Assembly (NCBI GenBank): GCA_031273395.1
Contig: JAISRX010000295.1
Span: 1 to 36,759 of the forward strand
Direction: 5' to 3'
Length of the DNA stretch: 36,759 nucleotides
From: Bacteroidales bacterium
GTDB lineage: Bacteria > Bacteroidota > Bacteroidia > Bacteroidales > UBA4181
The notes below the pieces were generated by a model. It did no database searches and was not told the DNA's origin. It was given only the letters and a program-made list of their open reading frames with translations. The translations under genes were made by a program, and so were the position numbers. Shown here one piece after another: positions 7,942 to 17,706 of this stretch (position 1 is its first letter; every line of letters starts with the position of its first letter).

Positions 7942-8832
7942 TTAATATTCCCACAGATCCTGTTCCCAATCGAAGATTTCGCTTTCAATCCGTTGCGCTT
8001 CATACAAAGCGTCTATTCCCGATGCATATTCGGCAATTGAACGGTTGTTATACACGTTGGATATTTGATAAATGTATCCGTCGTAACGATGCTGCATGAA
8101 GAAGTCGTCAAATGACAGGTTCTGTGCATCGTTGAATCTGTTGAATACGGGATGGCGCGCCATGATGGGGCGTGCTTCGGCAATGAGTATCCACATGGTT
8201 TTCACCATTTGAGGCTCACCGCCGTCTCCGCTTCCGTCGTCATCCCTCGTAAACACCCGAATAGGGCAGATTCCGATCACTTCACGGTTCAGCGTAGAAT
8301 GTTTTTTGTCAAAATAGATTTTTTCCTTTACCAGAAGCTTTTGCACCTGATCTACCTGACGACCGACGACGCGCTTTTGGGCAACCTCGTTGCCATTCTC
8401 ATCTATTACGAGGATGGTATCACTTTTGGAGCCGAACGCCATATCAATTTCCTCTTTGGTCATTGCACGGACAAACTCATTGTTGGGATCGCTCGTGTCG
8501 TAGGCGGTAAGTTCGCCGCTATCCACTCCTTTCAACAATAAACTGGTCAGATTGATACGACTTCCGATGTTTGCCGTAGGATAATACAACTGTAGATTCC
8601 GTTTTTCCCGAAGATCCACCATGCGCCACACCGTTTTGTCGAACAATACATCCGCCTCCCTGACGTATGAGTAAGGAATGGGCTTTTTGTTGGGAATATT
8701 TTCCTTCACATATACTTCCTTTTTATAGTCAAGTAATGTATTTGAAGTATCACCGGCAACTGCCTGCGCCCAAAGAACATCGGACGTCATCAGTATGCCT
8801 GCCCCTAAAATTATACTTTTTATACGCTTCAT
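7942..8832 (-). CDS. gldN: T9SS/gliding protein GldN (PorN)
   Basis: 'PIPY.YVREADV...K.VWR.VDLREK.N..LYYP', 'KE..YFDK..S', 'GICP' and C-terminal EQDLWEY. Last gene of the KLMN operon. Confidence 0.92.
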   Translation of the reverse strand: MKRIKSIILGAGILMTSDVLWAQAVAGDTSNTLLDYKKEVYVKENIPNKKPIPYSYVREADVLFDKTVWRMVDLREKRNLQLYYPTANIGSRINLTSLLLKGVDSGELTAYDTSDPNNEFVRAMTKEEIDMAFGSKSDTILVIDENGNEVAQKRVVGRQVDQVQKLLVKEKIYFDKKHSTLNREVIGICPIRVFTRDDDGSGDGGEPQMVKTMWILIAEARPIMARHPVFNRFNDAQNLSFDDFFMQHRYDGYIYQISNVYNNRSIAEYASGIDALYEAQRIESEIFDWEQDLWEY

Positions 8833-8840
8833 ACACTTTA

Positions 8841-10508
8841 TTAATTGATGGTAAAACCTATAATCGGTAATTCTCTGACGCTTCCGTCAGGACCAACTAC
8901 TTTTATATCTTCAAAATAAACTTTGGAATTTTTTGTCAAGCCGTTTATTAACGCTTTCTGATCTGCTGTAATGGAAGAGGATTTGGAAGCTTTGCTTTGA
9001 GTAAATCCTTTTACCACTGCCGATACTGTAAATTCGGTGACACGAAACTTCAAATCGAAGTCAAAATTTTCCATTTCTGCAACCACTGCCATCTGTGCGG
9101 CTAAGGTGGCTTTATCAATTTTCCCGCCGCTTTTTCCGGCTACCTTGCCGACAGGATTGGGGACAGTTTTTACGCGATAATCCTGTTTACCCATCAGTTT
9201 GTTTTGTCCGTCGATATTGGCTGTTACGCTCACCGTAGCAACACCTGATTTTGCCGGTCTTGCCACCCAGGCGGATCCCGATCTTACCAGTGAACCGTTT
9301 GTCATGCTTGCGGTGATCCTCTCAGCCGGAACGCCCGATACCGAGATGCTGACCGGATTGTCCACGCCAATATAAAATACGTTCATTTTGGTAGCGGAGA
9401 TGACTGCATCCGCTTTGCCCACCTGATATTCCGCCGAGAAGGGACGTTTGATAAACGTACCGTCCGGATTGAGCATCCGCAGGATACCGCCCCATTTAAA
9501 ATTTCCCACCGAATTTGCCGAAGCGCGGAAAACCGCTTTTCCCGACGCATCATAGCTGATGGTTTGCGGCGTTCCCGCTATTTCATAATCAACGGTGCCG
9601 TCCGGTAATTTCTTGGTCACCACATTTCCTATGAAAATATCAGGCGTCTGCAAACTGTCATACGCTGCCAGTATCACGCGCGCTTCGTATGTTCCTCCCT
9701 GCAATATGTAATTGGACTGGGCAAGAACAAGCGCTTCCACTTTATTTACCTTGATAGCGCCGGCGTCAATAGCGCTCAACAGATGTTGCGTTATTTCGGC
9801 TTCCACATTGCGCACGTCGCTTTGCAATTTTGTGAGCATGGTGACTACTGCAATCATGGGAACGTGTTCAAAATAGTTCACTTCCCACGGGCGTTCTTCT
9901 TCATGCTCGGTTGCCGGCGCATTGGAGGTATCCAGCGATTTGAGAATTGATTCTTTGACTTCCGGATTTTTATCGGCAACCAGCGATGAAACATATTCCC
10001 TGAAAGCTATGATTTTGGATTTCAGGTCTTCGCCCTTTTTTTCCAGAATCATCACCTGAGCGGGTTTATCCGTGTTGTCTTTTGCCGAGATCTTTGAGTC
10101 AACAATATCAAAGCTGGGAACTTCCTTGTGTTTACCGGCGCTTTTGTCCCATATTTTCCTTGTGACCGCTTCCAGCGATTCGGCGTCTTCTCCATCACAC
10201 AACTGAACAATCTCAATTTTCAACTGCTGCATGTCTTCTACCAACTGATCGGACATTGACCGGACGGCGAGCGCTTTTTCCTGCCAGGGCGCTACCTTTT
10301 CCGCACTGTTCGCCATTTGCTTTTCAAACTCGGCATAGGTGCCTTCATTCTTAACGCCAAAGTTCGTAGTGGTCTTGAACAGACCTTCATCTACGAGGAC
10401 AAAAGCATCCAGTATGTCTTTCGATACATTCAGCGCCAACATGGAGGTTAGCACCAAATACATCATACCGATCATCTTTTGCCTCGGAGTTTCTTTACCA
10501 TGACCCAT
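8841..10508 (-). CDS. gldM: T9SS motor protein GldM (PorM)
   Basis: KETPRQKMIGMMYLVL..MLALNVS N-terminus, plus KLQSDVR and KMNVFYIGVDNP. Confidence 0.95.
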   Translation of the reverse strand: MGHGKETPRQKMIGMMYLVLTSMLALNVSKDILDAFVLVDEGLFKTTTNFGVKNEGTYAEFEKQMANSAEKVAPWQEKALAVRSMSDQLVEDMQQLKIEIVQLCDGEDAESLEAVTRKIWDKSAGKHKEVPSFDIVDSKISAKDNTDKPAQVMILEKKGEDLKSKIIAFREYVSSLVADKNPEVKESILKSLDTSNAPATEHEEERPWEVNYFEHVPMIAVVTMLTKLQSDVRNVEAEITQHLLSAIDAGAIKVNKVEALVLAQSNYILQGGTYEARVILAAYDSLQTPDIFIGNVVTKKLPDGTVDYEIAGTPQTISYDASGKAVFRASANSVGNFKWGGILRMLNPDGTFIKRPFSAEYQVGKADAVISATKMNVFYIGVDNPVSISVSGVPAERITASMTNGSLVRSGSAWVARPAKSGVATVSVTANIDGQNKLMGKQDYRVKTVPNPVGKVAGKSGGKIDKATLAAQMAVVAEMENFDFDLKFRVTEFTVSAVVKGFTQSKASKSSSITADQKALINGLTKNSKVYFEDIKVVGPDGSVRELPIIGFTIN

Positions 10509-10544
10509 ATTATTACAATGTTAGGTGGTTATGTTTTAATTATT

Positions 10545-11390
10545 TTATACTCGTACTCCCATAGCCGACAACATGTTGCCGTAGACGGTATTGAGCGAAG
10601 CCAGATTTTTGTTCAAGGCTGCCATTTCTTCACGGTAGCGAGTGGTTTCTTCTACCGAATTTCTCATGTTGGTCAGCATCTGATCCACACTGCTGTACAC
10701 CGTTTTCGACTTTTGCATGTGCTCGTTCGTATCACGCAACTGCAATTCATATACGGCATTGAGCGCCGACAGATTCTTGCTCATTCCATCCAATTGGGCT
10801 ACATAGTTTTTGCTGTTTTCGCCAAGTGAAAGTATGGCTTCCGACGAACTGCCGAGCGAATGTGCGGCTTGTTGCATCCCTGCGGCTGTTTGCTGGAAAG
10901 CAGCGGTAACAGTGCCTGCCGAATCGGCGGCGGCATTGATGTTCCTCACATACTTTTCGGTTGCCACGGTTGCCTGCGACACATCTGAAATGGTGTTGAC
11001 CGTATTGTTTAACTTGTCGAAAGACGACCCCAGACTTTTGATCAGGGTAGGATCAATTCCTCCCAAACCGCCGATCAGATCATCAAACCGTTCGATAGCG
11101 CCGGTATTTCTTGAGATACCTTTGATCGAATCCAATTCGTCGGGATCGGTCATACCTGCCAATTCCGGATACACCAGCGTCCAGTCCAGTTCTTCGTGTA
11201 CCGGCTCAAAGGCAGAGAAGAAGAAGATCAGCGCTTCCGTACTCAAACCCACAGTGAGCATCATACCTGCCCCCGGCCAGTGTTGAATTTTGAACAACGC
11301 ACCTATAATAACCACAGATGCACCTATGCCATATAACTTGGCCATAAACTTTTTCCATCCGGAACTTTGTGTTATTTCTGCAAGACCCAT
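10545..11390 (-). CDS. gldL: T9SS motor protein GldL (PorL)
   Basis: YGIGASVVIIGALFKIQHW, TEALIFFFSAFEP, WTLVYPEL and LN.VYGNMLSAM. Confidence 0.95.
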   Translation of the reverse strand: MGLAEITQSSGWKKFMAKLYGIGASVVIIGALFKIQHWPGAGMMLTVGLSTEALIFFFSAFEPVHEELDWTLVYPELAGMTDPDELDSIKGISRNTGAIERFDDLIGGLGGIDPTLIKSLGSSFDKLNNTVNTISDVSQATVATEKYVRNINAAADSAGTVTAAFQQTAAGMQQAAHSLGSSSEAILSLGENSKNYVAQLDGMSKNLSALNAVYELQLRDTNEHMQKSKTVYSSVDQMLTNMRNSVEETTRYREEMAALNKNLASLNTVYGNMLSAMGVRV

Positions 11391-11449
11391 ATCAATTTAA
11401 TTTTAAAATGTTGTTTTTATTTATGTTTATTTAATTATTTCTTATTTAA

Positions 11450-12802
11450 TTATTGAACGGAACTACCTAAATAGTCGCGTACACACCTGAATCCGATATA
11501 CGATGAGGCGGTATCCTGATATTCGTAAGTGCGCGTGCTTACCCGCAAATAGTATTCAATATCTTTCCACGAACCTCCGCGTACTACTTTTCGCTTCATC
11601 ACTACAGGTTCGTCTTTACGTGCATTGTATTTATAGTCCGGATTAAAATCATGCGTGAAACGGTAAGCCGATTCGTCGTACGCGCTGCTGGTCCATTCGG
11701 CTACATTGCCCGCCATGTCGTACAATCCCCATTCATTGGGTTGGTAGGTGCCTACCCGTGCGGTGCGCGAGGCTCCGTCATCGGCGTAATTGCCGCGCAA
11801 CGGCTTAAAGTTTGCCAGAAAACATCCCTGGCTGTTGCGCGTATAGGGACCGCCCCACGGATATTTGGCATTGTCCAATCCGCCGCGGGCTGCATACTCC
11901 CACTCGTATTCGGTAGGCAACCGGTAATTGTGTACCAGCGGATCTCTGTTTTTTGCCAGAGTGGAGTTCAGCAATTCCGTACGCCAGATACAAAAAGCGG
12001 TTGCCTGTTTCCAGTTAACTCCTACCACAGGATAGTTATCATAGGCAAGGTGCCAAAAATACATGGAGACAAACGGTTCGTTGTACGAATAGGAAAAATC
12101 GCTCACCCAGCAAAGGGTATCCGGATATACCGGCACATGATCATGCAATACAAAGGCTGATCTGTCCTTTACTTCGATCCGCTCTCCCAGTGCATTGTAG
12201 GCGAAACCGCTGTACTGCTGCTTTTCGTAATCGTAGCGGTTACGGGGATGCGACGCCTGTTTCATATCCACCCAGTAATAATCGTAGATCAACTTACGGG
12301 TATCTACTTCCTTGCGACCGAAGAAACGTTCCTGTTCGGGGAAATAAAACTGTTCCAGCGTTTCTTTTTGGGTTTCATCCTTGGGGTTGATCTTGGTTTT
12401 CCAGTTCAACGGACGTTTGTCATCATCCAGCGACTCGAAATCTTCACCTTCCAGCAGGAACCCTTCCACGCCTTCTTTCGCCAGCATGCGCCTCATGATG
12501 GAATCTTTCACCCACTGTACAAACTGGCGATATTCATTATTGGTGATCTCCGTTTCATCCATGTAAAATGCATCAACGGTTACAGTTTTGGACAAACTGT
12601 TTTGCGACCACGCAATGTCTTCATCGCTCGGACCGATGGTGAAATGCCCTGCCTGGACAAAAACCATTCCATAAGGTTCTGCTTCAAAGTACTTTCCTCG
12701 TCCCTGTACTCCTACTAGTTCACCATTACTACTACTCCCGCAACTGTGTAAAAACAAGACAGTTGCGGCATAAATACCTACTGTTATTATCAATCTCTTC
12801 AT
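11450..12802 (-). CDS. gldK: T9SS ring lipoprotein GldK (PorK), SUMF1/FGE fold
   Basis: Lipobox LHSC, GELVGV, DETEITNNEYRQFV, YPDTLCW, RLPTE.EWEYAARGG, MAGNVAEW and GFRCV. Confidence 0.95.
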   Translation of the reverse strand: MKRLIITVGIYAATVLFLHSCGSSSNGELVGVQGRGKYFEAEPYGMVFVQAGHFTIGPSDEDIAWSQNSLSKTVTVDAFYMDETEITNNEYRQFVQWVKDSIMRRMLAKEGVEGFLLEGEDFESLDDDKRPLNWKTKINPKDETQKETLEQFYFPEQERFFGRKEVDTRKLIYDYYWVDMKQASHPRNRYDYEKQQYSGFAYNALGERIEVKDRSAFVLHDHVPVYPDTLCWVSDFSYSYNEPFVSMYFWHLAYDNYPVVGVNWKQATAFCIWRTELLNSTLAKNRDPLVHNYRLPTEYEWEYAARGGLDNAKYPWGGPYTRNSQGCFLANFKPLRGNYADDGASRTARVGTYQPNEWGLYDMAGNVAEWTSSAYDESAYRFTHDFNPDYKYNARKDEPVVMKRKVVRGGSWKDIEYYLRVSTRTYEYQDTASSYIGFRCVRDYLGSSVQ

Positions 12803-12823
12803 ATGTTCATGATATTAAGCCTG

Positions 12824-12831
12824 CAAAATTA
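12824..12831 (-). promoter_or_regulatory. Possible internal promoter for gldKLMN
   Basis: TAATTTTG on - immediately after the porP stop, 21 bp before the gldK ATG. Confidence 0.5.
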
Positions 12832-13767
12832 TTATAAAAATCTGACACTTTTATATTTTTTTATGATTTTTTCTTTAATTAAATTAAAACAATAATTTAT
12901 TACTATTTCATGCGAGCCTCCCGAATAACGTCTGACGTCCGTGTAGGAGTAATCGTAGGAGTATCCTACTCTTAATCCGTCGAATATGTCTATGCCGATC
13001 ATTCCGACAATAGCGTCATTCAAACGATATCCCAGTCCGCCCCACATCTTTTTGTTATACATGATGTTCACGTTTACTGTTACTTGCGATGCCGTCCCAT
13101 CCGAATAAGCCATCAACGAGGGATCTAATTCCCACACCGGATTTTTTAACGGAATCACACATCCCGCATTGGCGTAATAATGCCGTTTCAGCGTGGTGTG
13201 ATTCATTTCCGGCTGGAGAAGATGCGTTGTCGACAGAGCTAAATAAGCGCGGTCGCTACGGTAAAACAGACCGAATCCCATATCAAACCCCATCTCGCTC
13301 GCATTTTCTTCGGGTATGGCCTCGTCATCGACAGGCGGCGCATAACCGCTGCCGGTAGGAGGTATGTACCACGTGGCTGATAACGCTTTGTTCAAAAAGA
13401 TACCGCTCAAGCCGATCCCTAATTTTCCGGGACCGACGTCAATCCGGTAGGCGTAATTCAACCCGATGCTCAAATCCTGATTAAACCCAAGTTCATCGCT
13501 CGTGATGTTCAACCCTGCTCCGTGATCGCCTCCAAACAGCCTGAACGGCATGTGAGCGGAAAAAACGGATGTAACGGGTGCGCCCTTTATTCCAACCCAC
13601 TGCTGCCGGTGCAAAGCCGTGGCGCAGATGGCATCGCGACTGCCCGCATAACCCGGATTTATCGCCAACTGATTAAACATATACTGGCTATATTGCGGAT
13701 CCTGCTGGGCAACAATATTGTCAAAGAACATTGCAGCGCACAAAAGAACAAACAGCGATCGTTTCAT
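12832..13767 (-). CDS. porP: PorP/SprF family T9SS outer-membrane protein
   Basis: QQDPQYSQYMFN.LAINPGYAG, RQQWVG..GAP, GYSYD and GSHE motifs; lies upstream of gldK. Confidence 0.92.
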   Translation of the reverse strand: MKRSLFVLLCAAMFFDNIVAQQDPQYSQYMFNQLAINPGYAGSRDAICATALHRQQWVGIKGAPVTSVFSAHMPFRLFGGDHGAGLNITSDELGFNQDLSIGLNYAYRIDVGPGKLGIGLSGIFLNKALSATWYIPPTGSGYAPPVDDEAIPEENASEMGFDMGFGLFYRSDRAYLALSTTHLLQPEMNHTTLKRHYYANAGCVIPLKNPVWELDPSLMAYSDGTASQVTVNVNIMYNKKMWGGLGYRLNDAIVGMIGIDIFDGLRVGYSYDYSYTDVRRYSGGSHEIVINYCFNLIKEKIIKKYKSVRFL

Positions 13768-13843
13768 TTATATCGTAATTCTTTATTTTAGAATATTGAC
13801 ATTACAAAAAAAACGTAAAGTAACAAAAAATATTGTTCACGAC

Positions 13844-13851
13844 CAAAAATA
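13844..13851 (-). promoter_or_regulatory. Possible -7 box for porP
   Basis: TATTTTTG on -, but in very AT-rich DNA, so a chance match is possible. Confidence 0.35.
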
Positions 13852-14023
13852 AACAATGCTATTTTTCATGCGCTTTAACAATTATCTTATACCTGATTTC
13901 AAAAAAAAGGTTACATTTTTCACGAAAAATTTCCGTATTTTTTTATTAAAAAATATTATCTTATTCATTATCAACATAATAATTTTATATATATTTTTTT
14001 TATGACGGCAATATTTTTTTCGA

Positions 14024-15148
14024 TTAATTAATTTTTTGATACATCTTCCACCATCTGTCCGGAATTTCCTGTTCGGTGGCTTTGGTATAATCGTCCGGCG
14101 TGCAGGAAATCATTTCACTGTACTGTTCGCCCTTCAGCGAGGGTACTTCCATCCACCAGCGCTCTGTCTTGATATTTTTATAAAAACACAGATTGTGATG
14201 CAGTTGATCATAATAAATCAGGTATTTTTTAAAATTTTGGATGGCGGTTTTCGGGCTTTCCCGATTACGCCGTTTGACGCCTTCAATAAAGTACCATGCT
14301 ATTTGCGCGACTAATTTGGCGGTGATGTTTTGGAAATCGTTTTGCGGAAGCACGTCGAATATGCCCATGGACTTGCAGCGATAGCCCAAGCCGGCATAAA
14401 ATGCCAACTGACACACGTCTTCTCCGGTGAAGCCATTGGGCGACGGAACGGAGGCCGCCGGCGCATCCGAATACTTGACCGCATTGATGCTCAATGCCAA
14501 TAAATCGGTGTCCCGTATCACCGGTTCGCTGTCGCTGATGTTCGATTTGACCTCTCCCACACGGTAAGTCTCGGCAAATTTCGTTTTCAAAAAATCCAGA
14601 TCCTTATGGGTTACATAGTAGGACTGGTATCCGACATTGCAGAAATGAACCGGTAAATTGTTGTATATAACGGTATTCAAGGGATGCTGTTCCTCGCCGT
14701 CGGGGAACCTGAGATACGGGGCGATGGTGGTGAAGGTAAGTTTTTCATCCGCAAAGGCAAGGTAGCTGCCGTAGAACACGTCTGTCGTCCCGCCGATGAT
14801 CAGGGTGACCACTTGCTGTTCGCTGAGTTCGTTCAACACATGTTGCAGCCCGAAATAGGTGTCTGCCAGAGTTTTTCCTGTTCGCAGATTTCCCAGATCC
14901 ATAATATCGCCTGCCGATCCTGCCGACAAGGCGTACAATTGCCTGCGCGCCTGTTCCGGCAGTTTTATCTCGCCCCCGCCATTGGAGAAGCGGTCTTCCG
15001 GCACGCCCAGAATAGCCGCTTTTACCGACGCCGGAATGATACATCCCGGTTCGCCGCGATACATTATTATATGGTGTCCGAAATTACCCTTGCCCGTAGA
15101 GGGGATAAAATCATCACTGACCGGTATCAGATAATCCTTCAGGTTCAT
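14024..15148 (-). CDS. Arginase/formimidoylglutamase-fold protein with degenerate metal motifs, 374 aa
   Basis: Start MNLKDYL overlaps the topA stop (ATGA). AILGVPEDR, DLGNL, GYQSY, SPNGF.GED.CQ, AQIAWYFIEG and RWW motifs; typical position between topA and porP. Confidence 0.8.
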   Translation of the reverse strand: MNLKDYLIPVSDDFIPSTGKGNFGHHIIMYRGEPGCIIPASVKAAILGVPEDRFSNGGGEIKLPEQARRQLYALSAGSAGDIMDLGNLRTGKTLADTYFGLQHVLNELSEQQVVTLIIGGTTDVFYGSYLAFADEKLTFTTIAPYLRFPDGEEQHPLNTVIYNNLPVHFCNVGYQSYYVTHKDLDFLKTKFAETYRVGEVKSNISDSEPVIRDTDLLALSINAVKYSDAPAASVPSPNGFTGEDVCQLAFYAGLGYRCKSMGIFDVLPQNDFQNITAKLVAQIAWYFIEGVKRRNRESPKTAIQNFKKYLIYYDQLHHNLCFYKNIKTERWWMEVPSLKGEQYSEMISCTPDDYTKATEQEIPDRWWKMYQKIN

Positions 15149-17475
15149 TGTTTCGCTCTTTTCCGCGATGGCTTTTTGGGTTTGCCGGCGTTGCCGGAAA
15201 TGATTTTCATGCAGTCTTCGTAGGTAAGCGCGGCGGCGTCCTGTTTCGGGGGGATTTTGTAATTGTCCTTTTTGTAGGCAATGTATGCTCCCCAACGCCC
15301 GTTGAGCACCTGCAAATCCGCATCTTCGGCAAATGCCTTGATGAGTTTGTTGCGGTCGGCTTCGCGTTTTGCTTCGATGACTTCTATTGCCCGCTCTTGT
15401 GTGATCGTGTGCGGATTGTCCGTTGCCGGACGCAACGAATAAAACTTGGTATTGTGCAGCAGGTAGGGACCGAAACGTCCTATGGACGCCATGATCGCTT
15501 TCCCTTCGTATTGACCTGCCTGTCGCGGGAGTTTGAACAGTTCGAGCGCTTCTTCCAGCGTAATGGTGTCGATGCGCTGATTTTTCATCAAACCGGCAAA
15601 ACGCGGTTTATCGGCGTCCGATACCTCGCCGATCTGGATCAGCGGTCCGAACTTGCCTATCTTCGCTATCACCGGTTTTCCCGAATCGGGATCAATGCCC
15701 AGATGCCGTTCGCCTATGCTCCTTTCGGAGGTTTTTACGGTGGTATCTACTTTTTCATGGAACGGATGATAGAATTTGTCGATCATCTTTGTCCAGTTCA
15801 GTTTGCCTTCCGCAATTTCGTCAAATTCCTTTTCGACGGAAGCGGTAAAATTATAATCCATCACATCGTTGAAATGATCAATCAGGAAGTCATTGACAAT
15901 CATTCCAATGTCGGTTGGAAAAAGTTTTGCTTTTTCTACTCCGGTTGTTTCGGTACGGATTTCTTCCTTTATCCGGTTTTTAGCGAGCGTAAAAACGGCA
16001 AACTCCCGTTCGACGCCCGCTTTGTCTTCTTTTGATACATATCCGCGATGCTGGATCGTTGAAATGGTGGGAGCATAAGTGGAAGGACGACCAATGCCCA
16101 ATTCTTCAAGTTTTTTCACCAGACTTGCTTCGGTGTATCGCGGCGGATGGTGCGTGAAGCGTTGCATGGCGACAATCTGATCCATTTCAAGGTTTTCTCC
16201 CTGATGGATGGGCGGCAGCAAACTGCTGTTTTCTTCTTCGTGTTCGTCGTCCACCGATTCGATGTAGAGTTTCAGAAAGCCGTCGAATTTGATTACTTCG
16301 CCTGTTGCCACAAATTTTTCGGGTGTTGTGGAAATATCAATGGTGACGGTCGTTTTTTCCAGTTGTGCATCGCTCATCTGGGAGGCAACCGTGCGTTTCC
16401 AGATCAGGTCGTACAAACGTCTTTCGGGCGCCGTTCCTGCCGTTTCCGCTTTGTCCAGATAGGTGGGACGTATGGCTTCGTGGGCTTCCTGCGCTCCTTT
16501 GCTTTTGGTTTTGTACTGGCGGGAGTAGGCGTACTTTTCTCCGAACTGCGCCGTAATTACCCTGTGCGCCGTCTCAATGGCAAAATCGGAAAGATTGACG
16601 GAGTCGGTACGCATGTAGGTAATTTTTCCGGCTTCGTATAATTTTTGCGCTATCGACATGGTTTGCGCTACCGAAAAACCAAGTTTCCGGCTGGCTTCCT
16701 GTTGCAGGGTGGAGGTAGTAAAAGGAGGCGCGGGCGATTTCTTTCCGGGTTTGGTGGTGACGTCGGCTATCCGGTAGCTTGCCGGTTTGCAGCGTTCCAG
16801 AAAATCCAGCGTTTCCTGAGCCGTGTCGAACCGGGTGTTCAGTTCGGCATGAAGCATGGCTTTCCTGTCGGTTCCTGTCGCCGGAAATTTCCCCGTCACT
16901 TTGTAAGATGATTTTGTCAGGAAGTCGCGAATCTCGCGTTCGCGCTCCACCAGCAAACGGACAGCCACCGACTGCACACGACCTGCCGACAACGAGGGAC
17001 GTACCTTTCTCCACAGCACCGGCGAAAGTTCAAAACCAACCAGACGGTCCAACACGCGACGCGCCTGCTGTGCATCTACCAGATTTTTGTCAATTTCACG
17101 AGGATGCTGTACGGCTCTGAGAATGGCGTCCTTGGTGATTTCGTTGAAAACGATGCGTTTGGTTTGCGTCTTCTTCAACTGAAGCACCTCTGCCAAATGC
17201 CATGCAATAGCTTCTCCTTCACGATCTTCATCGGAAGCGAGCCAGATCACTTCGGCTTGCTTTGCCAATTTTTTCAACTCGGACACAATGGCTGCCTTAT
17301 CTTCCGCAATAACATACTGCGGCTGGTAATCATGCTTAATGTCAATACCCAGGTTCTTTTTTTCCAAGTCCCGGATATGTCCGAAACTTGATTTTACAAG
17401 AAAATCCTTACCCAGAAATTTTTCTATGGTTTTGGCTTTTGCCGGCGATTCGACGATAACTAAATTTGGTTCCAT
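15145..17475 (-). CDS. topA: DNA topoisomerase I
   Basis: NLVIVESPAKAKTI, ASDEDREGEAI, SAGRVQS, catalytic ITYMRTD, GIGRPSTY and C-terminal GRFGPY repeats. Confidence 0.97.
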   Translation of the reverse strand: MEPNLVIVESPAKAKTIEKFLGKDFLVKSSFGHIRDLEKKNLGIDIKHDYQPQYVIAEDKAAIVSELKKLAKQAEVIWLASDEDREGEAIAWHLAEVLQLKKTQTKRIVFNEITKDAILRAVQHPREIDKNLVDAQQARRVLDRLVGFELSPVLWRKVRPSLSAGRVQSVAVRLLVEREREIRDFLTKSSYKVTGKFPATGTDRKAMLHAELNTRFDTAQETLDFLERCKPASYRIADVTTKPGKKSPAPPFTTSTLQQEASRKLGFSVAQTMSIAQKLYEAGKITYMRTDSVNLSDFAIETAHRVITAQFGEKYAYSRQYKTKSKGAQEAHEAIRPTYLDKAETAGTAPERRLYDLIWKRTVASQMSDAQLEKTTVTIDISTTPEKFVATGEVIKFDGFLKLYIESVDDEHEEENSSLLPPIHQGENLEMDQIVAMQRFTHHPPRYTEASLVKKLEELGIGRPSTYAPTISTIQHRGYVSKEDKAGVEREFAVFTLAKNRIKEEIRTETTGVEKAKLFPTDIGMIVNDFLIDHFNDVMDYNFTASVEKEFDEIAEGKLNWTKMIDKFYHPFHEKVDTTVKTSERSIGERHLGIDPDSGKPVIAKIGKFGPLIQIGEVSDADKPRFAGLMKNQRIDTITLEEALELFKLPRQAGQYEGKAIMASIGRFGPYLLHNTKFYSLRPATDNPHTITQERAIEVIEAKREADRNKLIKAFAEDADLQVLNGRWGAYIAYKKDNYKIPPKQDAAALTYEDCMKIISGNAGKPKKPSRKRAKQ

Positions 17476-17706
17476 CAAGCGTTACTAAGTTCTGAAAAAA
17501 ATGCAAAGAAAAACAATTAGAACCGGATGATCAAACTTTTAGATTAAAAAAAATTGTATTTTTGTATCGCGAATTTCTTTTGACGGATGTGTTTCTCATC
17601 ATTAATACACTGTTAATAAGTATTTTATTGATGATTTTCGGTGCAATGTCATCATCAAAATAAAATTCAAACTTTATGTATTTGCACTTTTTAGACAGCA
17701 AGAACC

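Noticed and set aside
15149-15295. Longer N-terminus for the arginase-like ORF
   Set aside because: It overlaps the topA 3' end. The ATG at 15148 overlapping the topA stop is the more plausible start.
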